A program made the translations under genes and the position numbers. Below are positions 37,207 through 49,560 of a DNA stretch of 64,000 nucleotides, in pieces. Positions within the stretch are counted from its first letter, which is position 1. Each line of letters opens with the position of its first letter. Location: positions 79,362,001 through 79,426,000 of the forward strand of contig CM052816.1 in assembly GCA_028534125.1 (NCBI GenBank), read 5' to 3'. This DNA comes from Lama glama. Taxonomy: Eukaryota. A model generated the notes under the pieces. It was not told the DNA's origin, did not search any database, and saw nothing but the letters and a program-made list of their open reading frames with translations.

Positions 37207-40200
37207 ATGCTTATCTTTAAACACACAGACACACACACTTAACCAAAAACCAATGATCTATACACATGACCCTAATACTCATTACCAAAATCTATCACTC
37301 TACTTGGGTCAGTTATCCAGTAGCATCACTTAAGTGACACAGGCTTCAAGCTGATATTCTGCCCACAGAGAACTGATTAAATAATAAACCATTAAATAAT
37401 AAACCAAGTAATAAATCATTCACTAGGAAGACAGAGAGCAAGGCAAGAGCTAAGCTGGAGCGTCCCTATCAGCTGTCAAATCTAAAATGCCACTAGATCA
37501 ACACCGAAAGCTGGAATTGGAGAGTAAGAACAAGATGGCATCTGGAGACTTTGGGTCAAGCAAATCAGATGAGACTTATGTAGGAAGACAAACAATCCCA
37601 TGACCCATTTAGTCCTGTGTTCCTATTCTCCAGTGGGAGAAGACCTAGTGATAATAAATGTCATTATATACATAAATTTGGGGAAGGGTATGCATGTATC
37701 TGCTGTAGTGACAAGAGTATGAATGTTAAACCATAACATACACGAGTACATCTTAAAGTCTCGTTAATGGAAAATCATCAGCCCAAAGTGCTGTTGAAAA
37801 AAACATGCGTAACACACACTGTAAGGTTAACCCAGCACCACAGCAGACTCAGTTGATCATTAAAATAGTAATTTTCATTAAAAACAAAAGCAGCAGCAAT
37901 TAAAAACCATGACCAGCTGCAGACAACATGGATGATGTGCTGGACACAAAACATCCTTCCTCCAAATTGCAGGAATTTCAACTACAGTTTGTTCATGGGC
38001 ATGCACAGGGGAGCTCTACAAATAGCCAAGCACTTTGCAGCAGGGACTTCTTAGAAAAAAATCTGCATCTGCAGGAAACTGTGGCCATGAGCTAATTTTA
38101 GTTTATGTATACGCAATTTTAGTAACTCAAACTCATTCAGTAGCTAATTGCTAATAAGGAACTCATGTAAAAACGAATTACTATGGAATTATATCATTTG
38201 ACAGTAAGAACCGTGAAAAGGATTTGCATTTGGGGGATCTGGGGGTTTACCGGGAGGAGTTCACTGCATAACTGAAAACCACTGGCTGCCTTATAGCTGC
38301 ACTCTGAGTCAAGCTGGAGCAGCTGGGCTGCTGGCTTAGCCTGCTGCCCATGGTCTATAGGGTTTTGGGGACTCCTCCCTACTCTCCACTTAAGAACTCT
38401 TTGTTACCCTATGGTGGTTGCATTGGAATCCCAGTAGGTTCTGGCTGCTCCATGATGTTGCTCCTGCCTCCTTAGGAGAGATAAATGATATTTTTGGCCA
38501 CATCATTCTGGACTAGAGCTCTCTCACATTTAGCCATTCTACAAAGAGAGTATAATGACTGGGAAATAATAGGAAGAAATAAGAGTCAAACTTTTGGCAG
38601 CTATATACAATGTACACATGAGCAGAAATTTGTTTTTACGCCAATTTTTTGGTGTAATATTTAAAAATTTTAAACATGACAGCTTACTCTAACAGAGATT
38701 TAAAAGTATGGGCTCAAAACCAGGAAGCATCAGTTCTATAAGGATGGTGGGTATGGGCATTAATATAAAATATGCTAAGAATGTAAACTTTTTGGAGATC
38801 AATTTCTAAGTTTTGTGTTTGATTGAAGGATTAAAAGTCCTGAGCAAAGTTAACACTTTGCTAAAACTTTCATGTTTATGAAGCCAGATGTGTTGATCTT
38901 CTGCCTTTTGTGACAGACTACTATATTTTACAAGTTGAAACTTTTTTTTTTACTTACATGCAGAAACATTTAACAAGTATCTGAAGAGACAAAAGGTCTA
39001 ATACAGAGGATGATGACAGGATAGCTTACAGTATACCTTAGCACCTGTATGTGGTATATTTCCATCACGTAGTCAAAAGGAACACAGCATATAAACACAT
39101 ATCAGAAATCCTAAAGTAACATTCATTTCTAGGAAAACAGCAGAGGCCATAAACAAAATAAATTACATTACCAGGTGTTTATATACTCCTAACAAATGTT
39201 TATAATCTCCTGCAAAAGAAACATACCCGCCACTTCAGGATGTGGGTGAGACAAGCATGTTCCTGTGGTAACAATTTCCCAACCAAGAAAAGAAGTTTAA
39301 AAGGCAAATTTTTGCTAAGCTGCAAACTACCGGGTCTCTTGATTTAAGAAAGCAACAAGAATAAGGTAGATAGAGTTGGTTAAGAAATAACGTAGAAATA
39401 AATATTTCATGAATCAGCAAAATCTGTCAAATAAAATGACTTTTAATTTGCAGTGGAAAGGAATACCTTCACATGGTTTGATACTGTCAAAGCATTTCAT
39501 TATGTAGCATTGTACTGTGGGTTGACATACTAGATCTAGTATATGCTACAACTATATAAAATAAATGTGCACATATATCCCATAAGGTTCTGGTCAATCC
39601 TTAATCAATAATAATTATTTTAGTGATACAAGCATAGATTCATCCAATTAAACAGGGTGTACATTTAATTTCTCATAATCTCATTCTCTTTCCTTATCTT
39701 TTTATCATAAGCTTCTCTTCTTTCAGTCTTCACATATTAGTGCTATTTTGCAATTTGCCCTTGTCCATTGTCATTCATTCATTTTACTCATGCATCCTTT
39801 CAACAAAAACTATTTGCTAAATGTCAATAAATCATTAGGTTGAAACCTCTTTTCTTTTTTCCTGTTGCACTTACTAAGAAGTTAGTATGTACTATTTGCA
39901 TCCAACATGCAGTGCACTCGGCTAAGTGTTTAACACATATTATCTTAAATAAGATTCACCAAAAAAAGCCTTGTTTATTTTAGGAGGTTTCTTTATAGGT
40001 AAAAGGTAATTTTGTACATATCATGTTTTCATTTTTGCTTTTGCTGTCTGGAAGCCCAGCCCTAACATTGACCTTCACTTTAATAATTACGTAGAAACTA
40101 CTGTCTTATATATCTTTTAATTCTCCTCCCACTTTGATTATCTAACACGTATTCTTTTTTCTGATCCTGATTTTCATTTTATGTTCTTATCTTAAATGCT

Positions 40201-40929
40201 CTGTAGAACGAATTAGGTAGGAATAAATATACAGTTGAGTGGATCAGTAAGTAAAAATTACATTATTAAAGCAAATAAAAGATTGAAATTTGAAAAAAAA
40301 GATTCATGATAAAAAATAAGGTAGTCATGTTATTATCCCCATTTCATAAACTGTGAAACTGAGTCTCTCAGCACTTAAGGGACTGGCTGCTAAGGCCTCA
40401 CAGTAGTTGGAGGTGCCAATAAGGGGACGTTGGCCTGTTTACCCCAAAGTTTTTTCAGCAGCTCTTCTAAGAAGCACAGTTGGCACCCCATACTTTTTTC
40501 AAATGGTTGAATAAAATTCTTTTTGCATCTATGCTACTCAGAAAACTCAAAACCTTTTCCTCTTCCATTTGCCTCCAAAAATAATATGCTATTAGATAGA
40601 TTACATTTAACCAGGGGTTTTGAAACAAAGGTAGATTGCTCACACAAAGAGAACTGCTAATGGATACATTAAAACCTGTTTAAAATTCTGCAATCAATCT
40701 ACCCAATGTATTATGCTTGATTTTTTTTCAGACCACTCTCTAATATTACTGGAAGTAACAGATAATAGACTATGAATAGGTTAGGCATTTAAAACTTAGT
40801 ACTATAAACCAAAATTAAACCAGTGGGAAAAGGCAAACATAAAATGCCCAGTTTTATTAATAGGGATGAAATAAAATAAAATCACAAAATTAATGCTAAA
40901 GAAACACCATTTATTACGTTGCATTCTAA

Positions 40930-40950
40930 TTATTTCTTATCAGAAGGTAC
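40930..40950 (-). CDS. SPEF2: Read-through extension of exon 10 giving a candidate short-isoform C-terminus (VPSDKK*)
   Basis: Weak donor AAG|GTACCT reads in frame to TAA at 40930-40932; minus-strand AATAAA at 40910-40915 and 40853-40858; resembles the short human isoform ending VPTDMK as I recall it. Confidence 0.7.
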   Translation of the reverse strand, partial: VPSDKK

Positions 40951-41119
40951 CTTATATTCTTCATAATCATTGTTATCTAGGAAGTCCCTTTTCTCCAGTT
41001 CTACGAGTTGTTCTGCAGAGGGCTTAGCAGATAGATGCTTAAGAGAGGCTTGCTCATATATGGGCTTTCCACTAAAAAACAGTTCCTTCCAATCATGCAT
41101 CAACTTATATGGAATCAGG
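40951..41119 (-). CDS. SPEF2: SPEF2 coding exon (exon 10 equivalent), 169 nt
   Basis: tttttgctctag|CCTGATT...TATAAG|gtacct; LIPYKLMHDWKELFFSGKPIYEQASLKHLSAKPSAEQLVELEKRDFLDNNDYEEYK. Confidence 0.96.
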
Positions 41120-41779
41120 CTAGAGCAAAAAAGGAAAAAAAGGTAGTGATGAATCAATAGTTAACTATACATCTTCAATCTTAGTCTTTCTATTACCATG
41201 TTCATTCCCCAGGGTCTGCTGTTTGAGGCCAGGGGTTCCACATACTATGACATTCCTAACAGCTAGTAAAATGGCTGAAGCTTAGTAGGTTTGAATGAAT
41301 GAATGTTAAAGTCACTGGTTCTTCAAACTTTCTTTGATTGGAAACTAAAAGCACAATATATTTAAAAATAATGAGCACTATCACAAAACGTAGGTTATTT
41401 AATTTCCAGCTGTGATATTAAATGGAAATCATTTAAATGCTCTGGTATCAGTGTCCTCCTATGCAAAATGAACAGACTGAATACTTATCAAGGCCCTTTT
41501 AAGATGACAGTTGATTTACACATTTGCAAATGATTTGTAACAGAAGAATCTAATGTATGGCAGTCTTACTGTCACTGCACATTTGATAATCTTTACTATT
41601 ATTTGTCAGTACGTCTTCTGTTTAAGTCAGATGAACAAATTGGAGGTAATCAGGACAGAGTGATAGAAAAATAGTTTCAAGTGGAACACCATGTACAAAG
41701 GGAAGAAAGAGGCTGACATGATTCAGGAGCATTTTTCTAATAATAGTGGAACTAGTGCTTGAAATTACGATTTAGTAAG

Positions 41780-42120
41780 TAGTATTTCATTCTGATACAT
41801 GCTACAATATGGATAAACCTTGAAGACACTACACTAAATGAAATAAGTCAGATACAAAAGGATGAATATTGCATGATTCCACTTACATGAGGCACCTAAA
41901 ATAGACAAAGTCATAGAGACAGAAAGTAGAGCAGAGGTTACCAGGCTGGAGGGAAGGGGAATGGGGCGTTATTATTTAATAGGCACATCAGTTTGGAATG
42001 ACGAAAAGGTTCTGGAGATGGATGGTGGGGATGGCTGCAAAACAGTATGGTTGTAACTAATGCCATTCAAAATGGTTAAAATGATAAATTTGATGTTCTG
42101 AATGTTTCTCCACAGTAATA
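41780..42120 (+). mobile_element. L1 (L1MB-like) 3' UTR fragment
   Basis: tgatacatgctacaatatggataaaccttgaagac...catgattccacttacatgagg...gttctggagatggatggtggggatgg. Confidence 0.85.
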
Positions 42121-42999
42121 AAGTAGTATTTGAATTAAATGTAAACCTCGAATATAATAGTATGTTTTCCATTAATAAAATATTTCTATTTGCTAATGAT
42201 TACTTTATAGAGATATGGAAGTTTAGAAATTAATATGTTCAGGCATAGAAAAATTATAACATTGGAATTATTGAAACGGCACTGGCTCTTACGGTGAAAT
42301 AAATGATTAACAACTTATATATTATCCAAAATTTAACGTTGCAATTACTGAATTAATATCCTATAATCTGAATATCAATGATTTTGTTAAGAAGCAATCT
42401 TAACAAAAGTCAGTTCATGTAAGTAGTCCGATGCCAAAAATATCCCTGTGCTTTAGAAAACAAATATACTGATAACATATTGTTTAGAGAAATACACAAA
42501 GAGAATAATATGAGTTGATCTTGCCTGTTCGTAGTGTAGACTAACAAGATCTTAGCACATATGTGTAATTATTGTATTCAGTTGCAAGAGACACTTAAAA
42601 TTTCAAAGTAAAAGGTCCCTTAAAAGTTTATGATACCAACACCTCTGAAACTTTAAAATTTTATATATTTTTTCATTAAAGTAAAAATGGCTTCCTATAA
42701 CCAATATAGTCTCTATATTAATTTTCATGAAGCAGGATTTATAGGTAGTAAAAGACAGACTAGTATAGGCCTCTGTGAAATGTTACAATAATCAAATGAA
42801 ATACACACAGAAAGTTGTCAACTTGCTGATTAGTTGTGCTCTGTAAGTTGATTGTTAAGTCACCTATTTGACATAGAAATAATACTTTTATGGGTGAAAA
42901 GAAAGGTCTAAGTTGCCTCTAGGATAGCTGGTTTCCATCAGGTTCCTTTCATGCTGGCCCCCACCCAGTGCTACTGGGACTATCTGCCCAACGTCTCCC

Positions 43000-43310
43000 A
43001 ACAAAAGCATTCACAGAACTGGGGTTTGAGGAATCAGGCTCTCTGAGGCAGGTGTCACTGGGATCACTGGCATTCTTCGGAAGCTGTGTGACCTTCTGCC
43101 TTTGCTGTCACAAGGGGTTCTCCCTGTGTGTCTCTTCTCTATTTCTTATAAGGACACTAGTTATGCTTAATTAAGGTCCCACCCTAGAATGACCTTATCT
43201 TAACTAATCTTATCTGTAATGACTATTTCCAAATAAGGTTATACTGTAAGGGATAGGGGTTAGAACTTTAACATATCTTTTGGGTTGGGGACAGAATTCA
43301 ACCCAAATAT
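43000..43310 (-). mobile_element. MLT1 MaLR LTR fragment
   Basis: ttcttataaggacactagt...gaccttatcttaactaa...ctatttccaaataaggtt...ggggacagaattcaaccc. Confidence 0.7.
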
Positions 43311-43384
43311 AGGCATGTATATATTGCCTTTGTAGACACTTAAAATTTCAAAGTAAAAACCTCCTTAACTGGGATTTCAAAATT

Positions 43385-43563
43385 GTAGAATAGATAAACA
43401 AGATTACACTGTATAGCACAGGGAAATATACACAAAATGTTATGATAAATCACAGAGAAAAAAATGTGACAATGAGTGTGTATATGTCCATGAATGACTG
43501 AAAAATTGTGCTGAACACTGGAATTTGACACAACATTGTAAAATGATTATAAATCAATAAAAA
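43385..43563 (+). mobile_element. Young, 5'-truncated L1 3' end, camelid-type
   Basis: gtagaatagataaacaagattacactgtatagcacagggaaatatacac...gacacaacattgtaaaatgattataaatcAATAAAAAA running into the gap; matches my recollection of camelid L1 3' UTRs. Confidence 0.75.
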
Positions 43564-44063
43564 NNNNNNNNNNNNNNNNNNNNNNNNNNNNNNNNNNNNN
43601 NNNNNNNNNNNNNNNNNNNNNNNNNNNNNNNNNNNNNNNNNNNNNNNNNNNNNNNNNNNNNNNNNNNNNNNNNNNNNNNNNNNNNNNNNNNNNNNNNNNN
43701 NNNNNNNNNNNNNNNNNNNNNNNNNNNNNNNNNNNNNNNNNNNNNNNNNNNNNNNNNNNNNNNNNNNNNNNNNNNNNNNNNNNNNNNNNNNNNNNNNNNN
43801 NNNNNNNNNNNNNNNNNNNNNNNNNNNNNNNNNNNNNNNNNNNNNNNNNNNNNNNNNNNNNNNNNNNNNNNNNNNNNNNNNNNNNNNNNNNNNNNNNNNN
43901 NNNNNNNNNNNNNNNNNNNNNNNNNNNNNNNNNNNNNNNNNNNNNNNNNNNNNNNNNNNNNNNNNNNNNNNNNNNNNNNNNNNNNNNNNNNNNNNNNNNN
44001 NNNNNNNNNNNNNNNNNNNNNNNNNNNNNNNNNNNNNNNNNNNNNNNNNNNNNNNNNNNNNNN
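43564..44063. other. Assembly gap (500 N)
   Basis: Run of N; the 216-aa ORF across it is an artefact. Confidence 1.
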
Positions 44064-44722
44064 TATATATATATATATATATAGTCAGATTCTTTGCCAT
44101 TATAGGTTATTACAAGATAATGAATATTGTTCCCTGTGTTATACAGTAAATCTTTGTTACTTATCTATTTTATATATAGTATAGTATATTTGTTAATTCT
44201 ATACTCCTAATTTATTCCTCTTCTTCTCCCTTTCCCCTTTGGTAACCATAAGTTTGTTTTCTGAACTTGAGTCTGTTTCTGCTTTGTAAATAGATTCATT
44301 TGTGTTATTTTTAGATTCCACATATAAGTGATATCATATATTTATCTTTGTCTGACTTACTTCACTTAGTATGATTTTCTCTAGGTCCATCCATGTTGCC
44401 ACAAATGGAATTATTTCATTCTTTTTATGGCTAAGTAATATTCCACTGTATATTTATATCACATCTTCTTCATCCATTAGTCTGTTGATGGACACTTAGA
44501 TTGCTTCCATGTCTTGGCTATTATAAATATGAACTCTGGGATGCATGTATCTTTTGAATTAGAGTTTTCATTTTTTCTGGTTATATGCCCAGGAGTGGGA
44601 TTGCTGAATCTTATGGTAACTCTATTTTTAGTTTTTTAAGGAACCTCCATACTGTATTCCATAGCGGCTACACCGGACTACATTCCCACCAACAGTGTAG
44701 ATGGGTTCCCTTTTCTCTACAC
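44064..44722 (-). mobile_element. L1 3' region (cetartiodactyl-type) with (TA)n
   Basis: ttataggttattacaagataatgaatattgttccctgtg...ttagattccacatataagtgatatc...aggaacctccatactg...cattcccaccaacagtgtag. Confidence 0.88.
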
Positions 44723-45607
44723 TAGAGGTACACAAATTTAACTGGAGTGCCTTATCCTTGTCCTTGTGGAACTGCTTTCACTGAGATCTACTGTGATGTC
44801 ATTCCCCTTCAGCTTTCAGCAAAGAACATCACAAGAAACAGGTCTCTGAAGCCAGATGTCGTATTTGCTTAAAAGTTGTTGCTGAGGTCATTCTCCATTA
44901 GATCCACTATGCTACTTATTGTACCTAAAGAGAGGTCACATGAGAAAACTATTATTTCAAACTGAGGATCAAAAAAAATTGTGTATTTTGTAAAGCTCTG
45001 GAATGGGAAATGGGAATCATGTGACAAACTGCATTTTCCTTTTTGCTTTGGCCACCAGGAAGTTCAGATAAAATTTGCAATTCAGTTGCAGTAAAAGGCA
45101 AATATACTGCTATTTGTATAACTGTGTTTCAATTTATTCCTTGTTCTTAACTTTCTGCTTTATTTGGGTTTTCCTTTGTTCTTATTTTGGGATATTCTTA
45201 ATATTTTTTGTATTATTGAATTTTTCCTTATAAATAGGTTGATTCCTTTTAGAAAGAAGATTCAATGAAGATAGATTTAATGATCAGTAAAATAATCTTT
45301 AATTGCAGTCTTCTAGGAAGTTTCTAGTGTTTCAAATAAATTATCATAGTTATCTGTAGATATCATGTAGATTATAGAGAATTTAGACACAAAGTTTAAA
45401 TGTTAAAAGACATACAATTACACCTTGTCAATGGGTGAATTAAGTCAATAATTGAGGTATCCTGAACCCCACTTCTTAATCTTGCTTTCACGAAACATTT
45501 TTCTCTTTCTTTATATATCAGCTTAGTATCTGCTTCACAATCTTATCCTTTTCTCATTCTCTGTGATATTTCTATTGTATTAGTTATAAAAAATAGTTAA
45601 TACTTAC

Positions 45608-45795
45608 TTATTTGTCAACATTCGATAGTCCGCCACTTTAGTAGACAAATCAAGTATTTGATCCAAAATTTCTGCACATATTGAATAATGCTTTTTGTAA
45701 CGAGCTTGAGCTCTTTCTACAGCAATCTGCTCATGAATTTCCTTCTCTCTGATGGCCTGTTCTTCAAAATCAATCTTGGCTTGTCTTGCCAAAGC
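45608..45795 (-). CDS. SPEF2: SPEF2 coding exon (exon 9 equivalent), 188 nt
   Basis: tcttag|GCTTTG...AATAA|gtaagt; ALARQAKIDFEEQAIREKEIHEQIAVERAQARYKKHYSICAEILDQILDLSTKVADYRMLTN(N). Confidence 0.96.
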
Positions 45796-47989
45796 CTAAG
45801 ACAGCAAAGCCATATTTTTAAGTCACCATCATTGTGCAATGATTCAAGTGAAAACAATGTCATCATTTCAATAGACAAAAAGAAAGAAAAAAACTCTAAA
45901 TAGAATGAAACCTCCTTTTAATCAGGATCAAATAAATCACAAGAAGGCACCTTCTCTTAAATACATTAAATCCCGAGTATGATGACAATGTTAGAAATAT
46001 TCCACCCTTAGCTTATGCTATCCACAAAACATAGTATAGAGAGAAGTGTACTTGGTGGATTTATGACAAACTGGGTCTTAAGTGTTTAAAAAGTCCTGAG
46101 TTCACGGGCTGCAAGTAAGAGTCGCGGATCTCAGAGAAGCAGGCAAGTGCGCGCAGGACCCTAAGCAAAGCTGGCCCCTTCGTCCCCATCTCAGGAGCCT
46201 TATAACCTGACAAGTCTGTTTCAGCCAATGCCCTTTGTCTTTTAGTGGGAGACTTCTTGGATACTGATTTATACTCGGAAAATATTCTGGAAATTCCCTG
46301 ATTATGCTGGCTTGAGAATATAACGTCTTTGCCAATAGATGTTTAATGTGTTTAGATCACAAAACCGTCTGCTGTTCCAGTCTTAATAAATTGATAAAAC
46401 TCCTTCATAGAGACATCTATTTCTGCAGAAAGTAATGAAATATTTAAACAGTTTGACATCACCTTCTGCTTTCTTGGCACTATTATTTTGTTGAGGGAAC
46501 TCTTTCTTCACACAAAGTGCAAAAGTCAAACTCAGCATGACCAAATGTTGCTTTTTCTTTTCAAAGAGTTAGATTGGCTCCTTGAGAAATTCTATCCTGT
46601 GCTAACACGCTCCAGAAACAAGACTTGCCTCCTATAACTGAACCCAATGACTGTACAATGGAGGCACACTTGGGTCTGGAGGCGCTGTGGTCTAATTCAG
46701 GCCCCGCTCATACAGAAGTCAAGGACTAGCTGCGAGACCTTGGCCAAATCAGAACCTCCCTACCCCTCTACTTCCTCATTGGTAAGGGGGGAGAGAAAAA
46801 CGACTTAGCATAAACAGAAAGATTGTCAGAGCAAACACCTCTTCTTATTTATTCACAAGTGGCTAAATGCAGGACAACGGGCTGCTATTGTCCACTGACC
46901 CAAACAGAAGGTTCATTGGTTTTGTATTGTTGTTTTATTTTGCTTGTTTTATTTTTGTTGGGAAAGGAGTTAGGCTGAGTGACCCTTAAGGTCAAATCTG
47001 TACATTGGGCAGGTTCAGGAATTACACCAGAATATATTACTGATGTATTGCTTTGCAGGCCATTTCCATGGAGAAGACACACAGTTTAAGTACAAAGCTT
47101 TCTGGCAAGCTTCGTGAAGTTTAAAGAGTTCAGAGTTCAGAGGCACCTAAAAAAGGAGAAGCAGTTAGATGAAGATTTAGGACAGAGATGATACAATGGG
47201 TTACGAGGTTGGATTACTACCAAGGGCTGGTAACATATGCGGAAATATTTAGGATGCGGTGCCACCAGAACCTAGATGGGAACCCTGGACCTCCCAAGCA
47301 GGAACAGAGCAGCTTTCACCCAGGGCTCCCTCCCTCCATCCCTCCCTGCTTCTCTTCCTTCTTTCTAGCTGGTCTGCTACCTCTACCCCCTCCCCTGCAC
47401 TGTGTGAAACCCACCACAATTTCCGGTCCCATTACAGCAAAGTGGGTTGCAACCCTAAATAAAGAAAGAAGGAAAAGGAAAAAGGAAGTCTGTGGCAGGC
47501 AGTAAATCTCAGTGCTAAGAAGCCTGGACTCCGGGGTCTGAGAGAGCCGCTGTGCCCCCACTACACACCGACAAGCCGCCGGGTGACTCTCTGCTTTCTG
47601 AGTTTCGTTTTCCTGCTGTGTAAACTGGAGACCAGGTTAGCATCCACCCGAACAGCATAACAGCATCATGAGAATTATATACGTGAGTAATGAACACAGC
47701 TCAGTGCTGACTCAAAAGTGAGTGCTCAAAATGTTAAATACTATTGTGATTACCTATGTTAATGACACTAAGTGGCACCAAAATTCGAAATCAGGAACTG
47801 TGTTAATTAACATAGAATAGAGCCCAATTGCCTTAAGAGACCAGCAGGTTTAATCTAAAAACAAAAGACAAAAACTCCTGACAATAAAAAACACGAAGTC
47901 CATTCTCTCTCTTTCTCCCTCCCTTCTCTGCTCTTCCTCTTTCTTCTCTCTTCTCCCTGTTTCTATCTCTGTCTTTCTGTCTTTAAATG

Positions 47990-49560
47990 TACCAGACATT
48001 GACCTAGACTCTGGGGAAACAATAATGAACAGAAGCAAACATGGTCCCGGTCCTCAGGGACCTCACACCCCGTGGAAGAAGCAGTCAAAAAGGCACGCAA
48101 CTAACATGTATCATTACACACTCAGACAAGCGTCACCAGGGAGACCGTGGGGTGTGGGGTGGCAAAACAGGTGGCTGACCAGGATGAGAAGTGGCCTGAG
48201 CACGGAGCTCTGCACGATGGAGATGAACCCGGGAAAGGCATGTGAGACGAGGGGGAAGGTGGAAGGAATGACTTGTTCAGGGGTCTGCGAGCAGAGCAGT
48301 ATGGCCAGAGTCCAGGGGACAAAGGGGAACACGTCGTGAGCAGGAACTGAGTCAAAGGGAAGCCATGATGGGTTTCTGAGTAAGAGGGCAGTGGTCACGT
48401 CTCAGGGTCAGCAGAATTCCTCTGGCTGCAGAATGGTTGGGACGAGATGGGAGCGGGGCAGGCATTCTGTGGAAGTTGTCTCTAACTTTCCCTCTTCTTC
48501 ATTTCTAACAGGTAGATGGATGTCTCTTTGTCTCCTGCTTTAGGGAATTTCTGTAGGATGGGAAAATGGAAACTGTTGGAGCCTCCTTCCTCACATGAAA
48601 AGGCTAAATTCAAAGGTGAATCGATTCTGGTCACTCAAAGACAAAGGAGGAAGATTTTGAGGGCAAAGAGAAAGAGGAAGAGATGGGGGTTTCACTGTCT
48701 CACTTGCTGGCAGCTCCTGGGGAGCAGCAAAGCCTCAGAAGGGACACGTGAAGGACGGACGACAAAGGCTGGACCTGTGACACCGACAGAGCGTGGGCTG
48801 GGGAAGCTGGGCTCCCTGATGACCCAAGTGTCTCTCTGATGACCTGGGCACTGTGTGTCTCTGGGCAGAGGTGGGTTATCGGAGTTCACCTTAGGTTGAT
48901 TTAAAAGCTGTAACCCCAAATGTGGTTACAACTTCAAAAATAGATGAACAAGACCAGTGCAGTAGTAGTAGAGACTGGGGTTGTGGGTAGACATGGAGAA
49001 AAATGGACAAAGTGAAGAGCCAGTTACTACATGAAATCGATAGAACTTAGCGATGTTTTGGCTACGGAGAAGTGAGGGTGAAGCTGGCTTCAGGTGGGCC
49101 CTGGGGTTTTGGGCTTGCACAGCTAAACAAATGGTGATGCCATCTGTTGAGATACAGAAACTTGAGAAAGTCCAGTTGATGAATAAGGGTCATAAATTTG
49201 GCTTCATATGTTGACTTCGCAGTGACTCTGAGATCTCTGAGCAGAGATGTCAAGACAGTGGTTGAACATGTGGACCGACACCTCAGAGGGCAGAGACATA
49301 AACGCATGCATCGTCTGTCTCTTGCAGTGATTATACCCTGTCGTTGTGGATGAGGAGGCTGTGGAAGGAAACAACACACAGGAGAGAAGGAGGAGGCCTC
49401 GGTCTGAGCTTTAAGGACCCTCCGCATTAAATGCTTTGGTATTTGAGAAAAATGAGCCAACAAAGGCTGAGAAGGAGCAGCTGAAGAAGTGGGAGGGACC
49501 CAGGAGGATGGTTTCAGCAGCAGAAAGGCTGCGGGTGCTAGCACATCAGTACAGCTGATG
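47990..49560 (-). mobile_element. Degraded L2 fragments
   Basis: Purine-rich reverse-strand L2 segments (atggtgatgccatctgttgagat, gagatctctgagcagagatgtcaagacag, ctgagaaggagcagctgaag); boundaries approximate. Confidence 0.55.

Noticed and set aside
42382..42408. 11-bp stem hairpin ttttgttaaga-agcaa-tcttaacaaaa (also a 9-bp inverted repeat at 60908-60939)
   Set aside because: Short inverted repeats are expected by chance in 64 kb of AT-rich DNA; no RNA-gene context
43450..44100. 216-aa ORF
   Set aside because: Artefact of the 500-N gap
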